A stretch of DNA of 64,000 nucleotides from Balanoglossus misakiensis (taxonomy: Eukaryota > Animalia > Hemichordata): contig CM082577.2 in assembly GCA_040954595.2 (NCBI GenBank), positions 6,126,301 to 6,190,300 on the forward strand, read 5' to 3'. The notes beneath the pieces are model-generated. The model worked only from the letters and a program-made list of their open reading frames with translations. It searched no databases and was not told the DNA's origin. Positions within the stretch are counted from its first letter, which is position 1, and each line of letters begins with the position of its first letter. A program made the position numbers and the translations under genes. This document shows, piece by piece, positions 27,046 to 40,924 of the stretch.

Positions 27046-28986
27046 TTTGTCCATACACATGACTTTGCCTTTGGGGTTGACCGATACAAAGCAACGCTGC
27101 AGTATCGATCGAGTATAGTCGAGGTCACTGACACGAATGATTGTTCGAATCCCATTAAATGACATTACTGAAGATATTTCGTTTGCATTGATGCTGGATT
27201 CGCTACAGGCTAGACTAGACAGTCGACAGGTATTGTACTGGGTGAAAAAAACGTACACCAACAAGCCTTCATCGTGTTCATATTTTTCATCATATTTTTT
27301 CATCACACAAACATCGTGTACCTATATAACGTAGGAGAACGAGTTGCTCAAAGACAAGTTCAACAGATGCAAGGCTAACTGTGCATGTGTTGATTAGTCT
27401 TTCAGAATTCCGATAGCGACGAGATGGAAATTACCTTCACACCGTCATCTCACAACCCTATCTTTACATGAAGTCACGGTATTCTTATTGACTCCGATCT
27501 TCAAACCTTGTCGCATATATTGAAATGTGAATGTCAATGTAATAAAGCATGCTTTTTGTTCGGACCATATGCTAGGACCGTTATAACTGAGTGTTTCTTT
27601 TGCGTTCTGCGTCCGCTGCGAGTGAAATATCTTATTTCCGAGTGCAGTTTGTAAGTTGGCGATGGCCATGGCGAAAATTGTCGAGACAAACGCTCTGTGA
27701 CCAAATGGAAAAAATATAACTACATATTATTATTCTGGAAAATCACTACTTATAAGAATAAATTAGCCATGTAAAATTTTACTGTGAAAATGTAATACTT
27801 GTAAGCATGGTTATGTGTGTAGTCTTGTGAGAAACGGGAAGCAACACACTGTAGGGGAAAATCTATAAAATGTCGGACGATGTAAACCAACGTGGAACGA
27901 AGCCAACTTTTGGAAACTGACCTCGGAGAGACATTAATTAAAAGGGTGAACAATTGCCTTGTATTGATCACGCCCAACGCGGAGATTCGCGGCGCTGGGG
28001 CGAGCATGTTCGTCTACGGCTTGAATAATTAACGCAGACTGAAAGTGTTGTTTTATATTCACCTTTCGTGGACAATTTTATGGTCATATTTTTGATTGAC
28101 GGCATGGAACCACGGATGGGTGACATGCATGATGCGCACCCACGAGTTGTTCACGGAAGCGAAAGGGTTGGCACAATCATCCAACTTTTTCTGTTCTTTT
28201 TTTATCATCAAATTGGGAACAATGACAGGAAGTGAGACCAAAAAAAGAACTGTATAACATGTGTGGAGGAGGGACCGTGTGTAAAACAACGGTTGTGGCT
28301 GAACAGCTTCGTACCACGATCGGTCGGTCAACCGTTATCGCTGGGCAAAACTAAACTTAGCCCGGGCGCGACGCCCGTTTCTGGGTTCTGTGGTTTGTAC
28401 ACACAAATAAATCGAGTAGCTTTAAAACCACAACCTCAAGGTCGACGGGCCACTTTGTTTACTTAACAACACCTCAATATTGGCAATTCACTTGTTATGT
28501 AAACCATTAAGCGCCGATTAAATGGCTGTCCGTCAAATTGCGGTTTGCGTTCTCCGCGCATATATTGCCCAGCCCTTCACTTGGTCAAATTTTCCTGTTT
28601 TTGACGGGTGTGGCGTTTTCCTCGGCGATTCCTCGATGTTATGCATATCAATTGTATCCTAGCGCCGTGAGAAAAATTATCATTGTAAACATTTGTGTGG
28701 CGTGTTCCACAAACGTGACGATACGTCATATATATTTTTTGTGGGCCAAGTGTTGTATGTCCGCGGTGGGTTTTTTCTCTCTCTCTCGACACCTTTGAAA
28801 AGCAGAGAAATATAATGGCAGGGTTTGCGCAACCTTTTCTGATGAATAAATCGGCAGATCTGCAGTCATGACGAAGCATGAAAAATAATTATTGATGAAT
28901 CAGCCCAATGTAGTCCCCTAGTTACTGTGCTATAACGGTAACACGGCCGACATCACGGCTTGCTGCGATCCAAACAATCTACACCG

Positions 28987-29018
28987 TGACGTCACAGCTA
29001 TTATGGGATAGCCATTGG
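28987..29018 (+). promoter_or_regulatory. Putative proximal promoter of Cbx paralog B: CRE palindrome, TATTATGGG motif and inverted CCAAT
   Basis: TGACGTCACAG-c-TATTATGGG-atagccATTGG ~200 nt upstream of the ATG; the same motif pair occurs upstream of paralog C. Confidence 0.5.
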
Positions 29019-29189
29019 TATTGCGTTGCATACATACGTACATACAGTGCAGCGCGCAGCGGTGAGTGCCACATTGTACTAAGGGGATTCCGACGCACGG
29101 AGCCAGGCGCGACGGATCGACTGAGTACACGACGTGCTCGTACAAGACAGTCGCTTCGACATCGCAAATTAACTCGACGCCGAGCCACG

Positions 29190-31405
29190 ATGGAACTGGC
29201 GGATCTCGGGGAACAAGTCTTCGCCGTCGAAAAGATCTTGAAAAAGCGTTATCGACGGGTAGGTTTGGCGTGTCATACGGCGAAGTTGTGTTGCCATTCA
29301 ACTCTGCGCGTGTTGTCTTTTTGCATAACACCAACCCATGCACGCAGTGTATACGGGTTACTATTAAACTTTTTTCACGCTTTTCCCCCGTTTTCTCTCC
29401 ACAGGGCCAGATAGAATTCTTGGTAAAATGGAAAGACTGGCCTGACAGGTAATGCGTTTTCATTTTTATTTCCTTTTATTTGAACATTTTGAATGAACGT
29501 GGGCAATGACACTTGATTGTTTATCTTCGTTATTGTTTTAATAGGTATAATTCATGGGAACCTAAGGACAATATCCTCGACCAACGACTGATATTTGAAT
29601 TTTATAGCAGGTGAGTTTGGCTTCGTGGTGATTAATCATTTAGTCGCGTTTTGCGGTCGAAAAGCGGCGGTGCAGTGTCATCATAAACATCGTGCCCCCA
29701 CCGTCTCCTTGTCGCACCGAGCATAGTTTGGATTATTGAGTTTCGTTCCTCCCTGTGTGGGTGACGTGACGTTTCCAAAGTGTCGGTCACCATGTAATTT
29801 GTTTTTGCAGATTTCATGGCGAATTTGGCGAACCGCGGAAGGGTCGCAAACCACGGAAACGACGCTTCAGCCACCAGGTAAGCAAGCAGCCCGCCGGCGG
29901 GAAACAGGTCACACGTATTTCCTTTCAGTGTTTTTTTCGAGTCTTAAAAATATTGTTGATTGTATGATAAACCAGTTTTGCTGATATCCTGCTTTTCGTT
30001 CTTGATATCTCCATTTTGTATTATTCTCTTTTTGAAGCCTGGGGACGGAAACAGGAGCAGCAGCGACAACGGGAGTCTGCTTCAGGTTGTCGGGCAGAAT
30101 GCGAAGCTGGCCAAGGTTGCGGGTGATGGGACGGTCGTCGGTGGTGACTCGGGGGCACAGCACGGAAGGGTGTCCGTGCAGCGCGGGGCGTTCGGGGAGA
30201 ACGGTGAGGTGGGCGGAGGCGTTGTTGTAGGTGACAACACGGAAAATGGCGGGCTCAGTTCATTCAGCGTGTGTCATATTTCTACAAAGCACGTGTATGG
30301 CGTTGGTCGTAATGGCGGATCGACAGAGCGCGGCTGCGGTGTCAGCGAGGCTGGCACTAGTGCCGTGGCCATGACAGGTCAACACCCTGTCACAGAAACT
30401 GAAAACGGCCACAATCACAGTGACGGCGGCGACTCGACCGGGCGGAAATCACCTTTGGTCGTGGACTCGAAAGTGCTGACACCGGTGACGTCATCGGGGG
30501 ATGCTCGCTCACTGAGGGAAAGTTGGACGATAGTCCCCATGCAACACCGACATAACAGTCGAAACGGGGACATTCATCTGAAGAAACAGGTCACTGGAAA
30601 GCAAAGGTCGACAAACTGCAAACCGGCGAGTCCTAAATCCGATCAGGAGAATATATCAGCCGACACGGTACCGAACATCCTTCAAGAGCAGTACATGGCG
30701 GGCGCGCCAAACTCGCACAGAACTTTAACCCCATTGTATCTGTGGCAGCCGAAGAAACAGCAGAGTAGCTTGGCCGTGATTGACAGCGTAGCCATAACTG
30801 ACGTCACAGCGCAAAATTTTACGGTGACCATCCGGGAGAGTTGCACGGACGTCGGCTTTTTTAAATTCAGAGATGGCCGACCCGACCCGAAAACAGGCCG
30901 CGACGAGGAGATCCCTCGAAGAGAAAACCAGAAAACGAAAAGTAGCGAAACTGACGAAAATGCGACGTCGGTCAAAGTGTCTGTCGAGAAGGACAAGGGA
31001 GATGACGAGCAGGGCCGCGACGGAGGGATCGGGAGCCCTCGTGAAGATGACAGGAAAACGGAAAGGAGCGAAACTGACGAAACCCCGCCGGACAAGGAGC
31101 CTGTCAAAGGAGATGTCGTGAATATTGGCGACGGTGACAGAGCAACAGGTGAAACAAGAAATGACGAGAACGCTCAGACAAGTGTCATGGAAGATGGTTG
31201 TATTAATCATGTCTGTATCGGCGTGGGCCAAAAAGCGAACGAAGACACCCACACGGGGAGAAAAGAAGACGGTCGCCATGGCGACGGCGCCGACATTGAA
31301 CAAGTGAAGGATCAGAATGCCAACGAACTTTTCCCGCCTGAGAAAGATATCAAGGCAGAGACGGCCGCAGATCCAAGTCGCGAGAAGTGTGCACACGAAG
31401 CTTAA
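29190..31405 (+). CDS. CBX: Polycomb/chromobox protein (Cbx paralog B), 5 exons: 29190-29258, 29405-29448, 29545-29610, 29811-29877, 30038-31405; ~537 aa
   Basis: Chromodomain MELADLGEQVFAVEKILKKRYRR-GQIEFLVKWKDWPDR-YNSWEPKDNILDQRLIFEF, AT-hook-like RKGRKPRK in exon 4, Pc box VAITDVTAQNFTVTIRESCTDVGFFK (~30788-30867) followed by an acidic tail. All junctions are GT-AG and in frame. Confidence 0.92.
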
Positions 31406-34400
31406 AAGTTGGCGCGGAGTCTGCTGTGAACGGCGGTCACTGAATTCATGTCGTCTGCCGTGTTGACCAACGCGCGCCTTTTATACATGTATTTACATTG
31501 GTGTAAACTGTCACGATATTATAATTCTGCCCCGGTGACGGTGACACGTCAGTGAGGGTGATCTGCTCAGTGCTCACGTGACCGCCTCGGGACTTTAATC
31601 GGCGATGTGTGATATAACAACACAACGCGTTATTCCAAAACTGCCATATGGACTTTAAAAACGGGCCATTTGGGAGGGGTTTTTACTCTCATTTCTATTT
31701 ACATGACACAATTTTAATGTAGTTTTTCCTCACATTTGAGATGGAGTGGCAATGGTTCGACCTTTCAGAATAGATAAATAAGACGTGGTCTATGGGTTGC
31801 CAAGGTATATGATTTGGATTTTGTAGCCATCTTTCAAAATACTACTAAGCCGTGTTCAGCGTACTGACTTCACCACAATCAACCCACGTCCATGAGAAAC
31901 GGCAGTCTACAAAGCGAGGACAAACGTATGGCGACGATCCGGCGAAAACTGGTATTTCAAGTTTGTCCATGGTCATTTCTACTGTCTGTGGTCTGTCCAC
32001 GCGCTGATTGCTTGACGCGCCGGTCAAATCGATGACGCGTTCGAGAATACGTTTACGGCTTTTCGGGGAAATTTCTTTGGAGTTTGGAAAATACTTTTCC
32101 GCGGAATCTGTGTGTATACACTCACAAGATAACCTGTGTGTTGACATACAAAAATATACGAAAAACATTGCGTGTACATGTATTACCTAAATAATTAGTC
32201 ATAGACTAAGAATGAAGTACATGTATGTTTGTGTAGGATTCAGTCAGTACATGTACGGTATATAAAGATATAGACCCAGACTCACGATCGCAATTTTACT
32301 CTTTACGTTATAATTTTTGATCGCTTGACCATGTTTTGTTGGAAAATATGACCATAAATGTACACAAAAGGGCTGAACATGTTGGCTTAGAAAAGCTGGA
32401 AACCTTGAAAGAAATTTTCCGGTATTTTGTTTCGGATTCAGTCACTATTAGACAATGCCAAGTTCTCGGCCTGTATATTCGCCCATTAAAATGTGAGCAT
32501 AGTTTGGATGGTTGTTTATCTGGGAACCACGCTTCTGTTTTTGATTGCGCTCAAAATGTTTGTAAAACTTCACGAAGTCGACGTCTTTTTTGCATAATCA
32601 CTTCCTTTCTGATATGTCCGTCGCGTGATGTGTTCGTAGAATACTCTATGCCCTACCTGTTATTGGGCAATAGCGTATGAATTCCAAGGCATTATTTCGG
32701 GGTTGTTTTTCAGAAAATGTGACGTCACAGGGTTTTCCGTGTAGCTGTGACCGCTTTCACATAGCTAAAATAACCCAAATCACGTCAGAAATACATTGGT
32801 GATCTTGTGTCATTTTCATAATGGTGATGGGAACCTTTAGCCTCATATCACTGTAATCAAACCATCGGTCAGACAGAACTGTAGGTCGCCGTGTTGGTCA
32901 ATTCTGACAATGGGGGAAGTAGCAGAGCGATATGCGAATGGCAGAATGAAGACCGCGAGAAAGGCCCAACGCTCAAAATGCTGAGGCATGCAAGCAGTTT
33001 ACAGGTGGAATGCTTGTGTAATAATTCTGCACAGGATACTGGAAGATGAGGGAGAGAGAGAATGAACATATTTACATTCCATGTATACTGAGATGTGTAT
33101 TGTTCCGACTTTTTGTGTATCACAGTTTTCTTGTGCCTGACCCCTTTACAGTACGAAAAATACAACTGATGTAATGAAAAAAAATTCTGTGGGGATTTCT
33201 TTGTGACGTTGATTGCGTGGTGTAAAAGTGATTCGAGAATAAATCGACGCAGCTTGCGTGTGACCGTGAGATGAATCACATTCTTACGCTTGGCCGTCGG
33301 ACCCAAGTACGACCCACTCGTGACCTCAAAGCACAGGTCAAACGGTACAGTGTACTACAGAGGCCGTTCGACATATTCATCGGGCGCCTGTAGTATCGAT
33401 GAAATTCGGGAACATTTTATCAAAACATATAAGTTCATCAGACCTTTCCTATTCTGCTGTATCTAGCTTGTAACGCATCTTTTGTGAAGTAACACAAAAA
33501 AGGGTTTACAAAATCATGACCATATCCCATTGAAATATTTCTGGAAACTTGAAACACGGCATGTGGCCGCCATTTTGAATTTCAATTACCGTATCCGTAA
33601 TTTGAAGAGAAGCTAAGTTAGAGGTTTGTTCCGGTTACATTTTTATGCAAAAATTTCAGCACGTCGATCGGCCGACATAACTTCACCATTATCGAACGGA
33701 TTTCCAGCGGCCAACCCTTTCTATATCGAAGTTGGCGATTACGTCACGGTCGAGACAAAAAAAGAGGGTCGTGGTTTCACGGTTCAAAATCGCGGTGAGC
33801 GTATCACTGTTGACAGGTGTATTCGGATTCACGGCATGCATCTCTCTTGGAAGAGTCCTCAGAGAGCAGAGACTGAAGAATGTACTAGTATTGGTCCGTT
33901 TAGATTTTAGCTACTCGGCCGAAATAAACTGTTATGTAAGACGGTATCCACAATGGGAACTTTCAGAGTCGATGATTTGAACCAAGACCGTGAAATCGAC
34001 CATCTGTCGGACAGAAAGTGACAGTGCACAGATAATAATGACGATAAGCCGCTGAGGACTGCAAACTTTCAAGACACCAACCATATCCACGTGTTTCTTC
34101 CATGGATCGTCTTTGTTCGAGAGAACAACTCTGACTCAAGTACATTTACATGGCCTTTTCTTTCATCTTGGAAATACAGATTTATGCATATGGTTCCATT
34201 TGGGGCCGGAAGATCTTTGTCACGTAGAAGTATGATTCTTCTTACATGTTAATCATACAAAACAACAATATTGTTGTAAATGATAATTCTTTTTGTTATT
34301 AAGGACCGTCAGTGTCACTGAATGGTGGCGTGGCATTGTCCTTGCCATCCTTTGTCTTTTTTCAAAAACAAATCTATTCACATTTTATACAAAAGCAAAT

Positions 34401-37400
34401 CATGTGTATCAACGAAAAGAACATGCTTATATGGACCATGTATTCATTTGGAACTTCTATTTCTAATTTGATGTATATGGACTCTGCGTACACTTCTGAG
34501 AAAACGGCCACATAAAATTATTTTTCTCGTGACTAGTTTCAACATGATAGGCAGATGTAATCGCATTGAACGCTCTAGTTTCGAGAGACAACAAAGTGCC
34601 CCATCGATTCGACCATATACTTGTACTCACTGTAATAAAGTCGACCGTAAACATTTTGCTGGTAGCCGCGCAAAACGGCCCACCGGCCTGCACTTGTAGC
34701 TACACCTCCGCGATGACGCACGGATAAATATAGAGCAACCACCAGTAGCTTGTTCCTGTAAACGGATCTATTGACAAGTTATGCGGGCAGTACTGTTTCG
34801 CTAAATTTATCTGGCTGTCACCTTTGTATTAATTAATTATCAATGTTCTTTTCATCAATATTTCTAATGATTACTATCTATCTATATGTCTGTCTACCAG
34901 CCTGTCATCTGTCTAGTACCCGTACTTAAAACTACCCACCCAACCGTCCGTTCTTGCCTTGAGACTACATTGCAGAATATTGGAATGTAAGCGTATCCTT
35001 TGTTAACAAAAATGGGCGTTGGCGGAACAAACTTTCGTCTATTTTTTCATTAGCTGTTGATCAAGTAATATCATCTACAAAAAAAGACAAACTACGACAA
35101 AACAAACCCAAAGACACGCCTCCACAGGAAGATAAGCGTCGGCGGCAAATCTGTCTGTTCACAGCGTGAACATCGAACTTGAGCGGATGTTACAAATAAA
35201 GGCGTATTGAATATAAAGGAAGCAGGTATAGCAAAATATATTTAATCGTTGGAAATCGGATAACTGAGACTGGCGCTGATTTTAGATCAGGTAGCGATCG
35301 CTTATTGCCGCAAGTGGGCGTAGGTTTCTCTCGCTGCATGCGTGGGTTCCTGTGATGTACGAAAAGGTTCATCTAAACGTCATTTCCCGCCAGCTGCTCA
35401 TATAGGCCCTATATATACATATTATAGGTGATTCATCCCACGCCCCTGCATATATCTTCGCGAACATTGATCGCGCTTTTGACAGATTGAACAGAGTCAA
35501 TTTTTGTGTGTGACCCCCCCCCCCCCCACCCCGGCTTCATCATCGATAGATTGTGTCATAATCATCCCTTCCGATCCGGACAGAACGCGGTCATTCACAA
35601 TTTAGGACACAGTCAATATTGTACCACCTCTCAGACCAATAGGTCTCCTTCAAACTGGTGACATTCAAGCGTTTGGCACATATTATTCATTATTTATCAG
35701 TTAAGGAGGACGCTGGGGGGCTCAAGTACTTCATATAACATCACATGGCAATATATTACGTCTGTTTTGTATTGAATATACGCGTTTGGCCACATGTATT
35801 ATATACGTATATTAAAAGCTATATAGGTCAACGTGTGATCTTTTTGCGGGGCACAAGTTAATGGCATTAAAAAACATTAAATTATTCGTGTCGCTGACCA
35901 CGATTTTTTTGCCCAATCGATTTAAGAACGTGTCACTCTATATAAACCGTTATTAACTGTAAATGGCAAAGTGGGGTGTACGGCAATTGGTAAAAACGGA
36001 AATGCGCTGGGTTAGCGAAACAGGTCAACAACTTAGAATATTGCAACGGTTACGGACAGTCAGGATCAATGTCAAGATCGATATTATGTGAATGTATTTG
36101 ACATTGTTTCACCGCGAAAGGTCACCTTCACAATTAATCTCATTTGCCATCAATAGGATTAACATACAAAGTGAGACCGTTTCCAGTTCTGAGTTTAGAT
36201 TGATATACGGTGGGGCATTGGGGGCAGGATCGACGTACTCTTTTCGACCCGGGCGGATCTGTTCACTGCGCATTGTATACGAGTGGTGCCATGGTGCTGT
36301 AAAATTCAGAAAAACTGTGACCAGCAAACACGAAAGTAGCATCAAACGTTTGTAGCTTTTACTCATTGCTATATTGTTTTTATGATTTTCTCAGATTTGA
36401 TTGGTGTTGCTTTTCCTCGATTATGACGCGTGTGCATTTCAAATGGTGTTACCGGAAGTCAATTCCCGAACAACTTAACAACTCAAGTTGCTTGCTTACA
36501 GCCTCTACTGTCTATGCTTACAGGACACACTTCCCGATGGGCATTAGCACGAGTGATGTAATGTTCCAATGGTACAAGATTGCTAGTGAAACAAGGACAT
36601 GCAACAAGTACATATCAATTAGGATACAGCATAGAACATCACACTTAAATGTCAGTGTTTGGCGAAGTGTGACATTCTGCCGTGTGTACACTGTGTCTTA
36701 TTCCTTACAGCACCGTCGATACAATCACGCAAGATAATGCTTATAAGTATGCGCCAACGTGTAATAAAACATTCAGATACCGTGGGTGTATTACCCGTGG
36801 GTATTATCGGTGTATCTCAACTTGATATTTCGGCTCTGCTCGGGCGAATTGACATCCTTTAATTTTTCGTCAGCAGAGGAGTTGCATAATGTCAGTGTGT
36901 CACCCTCCACAGTGTTTGTTTTTGTTATTAAACGGCGAATTCCGTTATATAAAAGGAATCATGTTTACTTGATCAAAACGCCACGCGCCTTTGTATACAG
37001 AAGAATGTGTCGTCCATGTCATTCTCCAAATATCAACGCATTTTGCCCAAACGATACCACGCTATTTTATCAAGTTTTAATTTTCTTAAATACTTCTTCT
37101 AGCTCGTCGAATATTTCCCAACTTGTTATTGAACTATAACTGAGAAAAATAAAGCCGTTTAAAAGGACAGTTTTCGAAAATAAATTGACCACAGTTTTCT
37201 GACTCTCTGCAATGCACAGTCCTCCATTTTCGAACGCTGATGTTGACGTTATGACTCCTTGTCCGTGGTTTAGGCATGAGCGCTTCCTTGCCTTGCGACC
37301 AAAATCTCCCCCATTCTGCACTTTTCTATACATAATCTCACCCCGTCTTACCACCATCATAGCGGATTTAGCGCCTGATTGACTGGTCAATGGGCGATTT

Positions 37401-37910
37401 CCGCCAAAAGACGTCGACGGTGAATGGGCGACACAAAGAGAACACGTCTGCTTTTGTTCGCCTGGCAAAGTTTAGACTCTGCCGCCCATGTCTGTCAAGG
37501 AGGTCCCGCTGAACCGTCGGTGGTAGAAACTTTCCCATCGTGTACACGCCACTGCGAAAACGCAGTTGCATTGTGTCCTCCACTGGTATGCAAATTCAGA
37601 TTCTGAGCTAATGGCTCTCAAGGGACTCCCATGTTGTATATATATTCATGATATTTATGTGGTAGCACTAGCAGTGCCTACTGCATATGTATAAACGAAC
37701 AGTAAGTTGTGGAGTATACACAATGTGGGTAAATATATACAATTATAACAAACTTACAGGGCACCTCCGTTCAACCAAAGTCCCCGTGATTGCAGACGGA
37801 GACGAAATGCCTCAGATCTCCGCTTACTCTCTTCGGCATGTGATGCATCTCCTAAGACGATGTGGCCATAAACTGTCTCTAAAATAAATGTAAAATTAAA
37901 AGAAATTCAA

Positions 37911-37999
37911 TCACCTCTAATTTACATATGCCCATATATGGTCATCCATGTACTTAAACAGGCGTGTCTAATTCTTCCAGTGACCACGTGGTGGCGCAC
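37911..37999 (-). mobile_element. Degenerate fragment related to MITE family 1 (3' end)
   Basis: TCACCTCTAATTTACATATGCCCATATATGG closely matches the reverse complement of CCATATATGGGCGTATGTAAATTGGAGGTGA in copy 1; TGGTGGCGC also matches. Confidence 0.6.
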
Positions 38000-39683
38000 T
38001 TGTTGGCCTCCCAAGTGAAAATCTAAATTTGCATAGTGGATGAAGCTTAGTGTGTGTTACATGTACATGTACTGTTATATCAACGAGAACGATGATATGT
38101 GATCACAATGACTCCAGAGTGGGCGGAATAAGTTATCTGGAGGCATCCACGATAATGTCAAAGATAGCGAATCCGAGCGCTGCATTCAGAAATGTCTCAG
38201 AACTGAGGTAACTCTCCCCGAGCATTCCCACGTGTTTTTTTCCAAAATCTGTCTGTGAATGTTCATGGTGTGATGCTGTTCCCGTTTACAGAAACTAAAG
38301 ACCCGAATTGGATTTTCTGTTAATGACATGAAAACGAGGAAGTCTGGCTGACAAACTTCCCACAACACGCGCCCAAGTCTGCATATGATAAAACGCTTTG
38401 CTCGGCCTATCTACTGGATCCGCGTCATAATTGACAGCACAGCGACACAGTTTGCTTGCAAACCGGCGCAAGATTCTGCTACCTGCTGCTGTTCACATTT
38501 GTTGTGAGGCCGTTGCCCTCTGACACGCCACGGTCTAGTATGCCTAATACATGAAGAATAGATCTTGGTTTAATATTAATATGAATGTGTTCTGTGACAA
38601 AGGCTTGACCTACAGGGCACAGACATTCATTTCGAATGCCATGTTAATTTTATCAGACACGGCCTTCTTTGATTAAATTATCTTACCCTGGGGAAAATTC
38701 TAGCAACTATATCCATTTTCTTGTTTATAGATTCTTCGAGAAACGGCATTATTGGATAATCTTTGCGTTTCAGACATGTGTCGAGTATAGGCCGTAAATC
38801 TCCCCGATAACAATCCGACTTGTTAGACAATGGAGGTACGCATGGTTGGACGCGACGAGGTGCCGTTCACAGAAGAATAAAAAAAAACGGAATTCGTGAC
38901 ATGAAGCAGACTGCTGGATAATAAAGCTTGCCACAAAAGTTACTGATGAAATGACTTCCGTTGCTCCGATAGACTTAGCTTCTTCTACGGATGAATAGTT
39001 TGCCCCCTGCGCAGACGCAGAAAAGAGGGGGGGGGGGTGACGTTTAATAGAAAGGTGTTCCAGAAAACAGGCATCTTGAGAATCATCTTGATGGCGGGGG
39101 GGGGGGGGTAAAGATGAAAGAAATGCATGGCATGGTTGATGGATGGACAGACAAACGACTGATGGACAGATGGATAATTTAAATAAGTACCATGGAAAGT
39201 GTCTTTTACCCGGCGGAAAATATTCATCTCTAAAATGCCCTTCTCAAACATATATAAAGGATTCTTAAACGCGCATTTTCTCACTCCCTGTCACCTATTA
39301 CGACCAGAGTTTCATTTCATAAAGTAGTCGCCCATTAATACCACTGCATAATTTATGTGGTTTCAACCCTAAATTGTAGAAATAGAGCCCTTTTTAAAGG
39401 TTACACATAACACAAGATCAACAGTTTTATCACGTCTAAAAATATACATGGCACTCGTACTTACATTCGCTTTTATATCCGATCAATGGGCGGGTATTTG
39501 TGAGGGCTGCCACCAAAAACTTGGTGAAATTGAGCTTGAGACAAAAGATAGCAAGGATAATGACACGTCAACCTTGGCGCTGGCGATCCTTAATAACAAA
39601 GAGAAAATTTTTCCATTACATTATGACAATTGTTGTGTTTTGTATGATTATGTACAAAGTTCATGGAACCACATGCATAAGAA

Positions 39684-39780
<97 letters not shown>
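39684..39780. repeat. Microsatellite (ATCT)n
   Basis: Directly visible tandem array. Confidence 0.98.
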
Positions 39781-40787
39781 GTAGATATATGTGAGTGTAC
39801 AAGTATATACATACATGGTAGACCCGGCAGATTTCACTTCAAAACTCCCCCCATACACTTTCGTGTTCCACCTTTGTGTGTTGGGGGGTCTGTCCACGTC
39901 GACTGACGATCGCGATTATTGGGTCAAGGTGGTTTTCGTTCAAACGATTGGACGGTCGCCCAATTTCTCTAGACTTCCCGGTCTCAACCTCCAAAGACCC
40001 TTCCTCCTAGAGTTTCTTTTCCACTTTCCATCACTTACATTTCTACCGATAATTCAGTCCAGCTCCCGTAAAAATCTAGTTCACATGTACAAATGAACGG
40101 GAAATCCCTAACCCTAGGTACAAATCCATGCCCTCCTAAATGATAAAACTCAACCATTGTAACCCTGTCTTAAGATTGAAATATACTGGAATGTAGTGAG
40201 AAAATGCCATATCCCCGAATGAATTAATTACGAGTTCCTGTAATAAAACAAAAAGGAAAGTGTCCCATTTGACTATGTCCTCGTTCTTGACGGTTTTTTT
40301 TCTTCACCAAAAGTAGGGCTAGTGATCGTGTTGTGAATTACTCTCTTTCAATAACACCGCGGGATAGCCGTCTTGTGCGCCTCGGAATCATTGAACTGTG
40401 GCCCGTTTTGTGAAGGCAAGCTTTATGTGTCCTTTCTCTGAAGTATCTGCCCTTTTCATCGGTTCTCAAGGATTTCTTAGAACAAAAATGCTGGGTGTAT
40501 TACGTTACATCGCCGGCACTGAACAGCGCCATGTGTGGCGCGGACTCGGAATGCACATTGAATTCTCCGCGAGTAAAATAAAGTATACACAAAGTCGTTT
40601 GGAGATTTCTCCCGACGTAGAGGAAACCAACACCGGTCTCTAAGTCTGATTATGCGCGGAATGCCGATAGGACGTCATTTTTAACTACAAGTAAATAATT
40701 ACTGCTACTGTTTTATTCCGGGAAAGTGGTTTCTGGTATGCATTGCATTTGGACGCGAAAGCTTGTCTTTGAAATATGACAAGTCAC

Positions 40788-40838
40788 GTTGTTGTTGTTG
40801 TTGATGGTGGTGGTGGTGGTGGTGGTGGTGGTGGTGAA

Positions 40839-40922
<84 letters not shown>
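40788..40922. repeat. Compound trinucleotide microsatellite (GTT)n(GGT)n(GAT)n
   Basis: Directly visible; accounts for the poly-M/poly-S ORFs. Confidence 0.98.

Positions 40923-40924
<2 letters not shown>

Noticed and set aside
13000-28900. Search for a fourth or decayed Cbx copy between paralogs A and B
   Set aside because: No VKWK, WEP or TDVT-type motif was found in the ORF track or by eye; very short or decayed exons could be missed without tblastn.
30682-31396. 141- and 223-aa minus-strand ORFs
   Set aside because: Antisense to Cbx B exon 5; composition mirrors the sense codons.
11679-33578. Scattered YY1/Pho-like AAAATGGC sites as a possible Polycomb response element
   Set aside because: The sites are dispersed rather than clustered, the motif is short, and some lie in probable repeat fragments.
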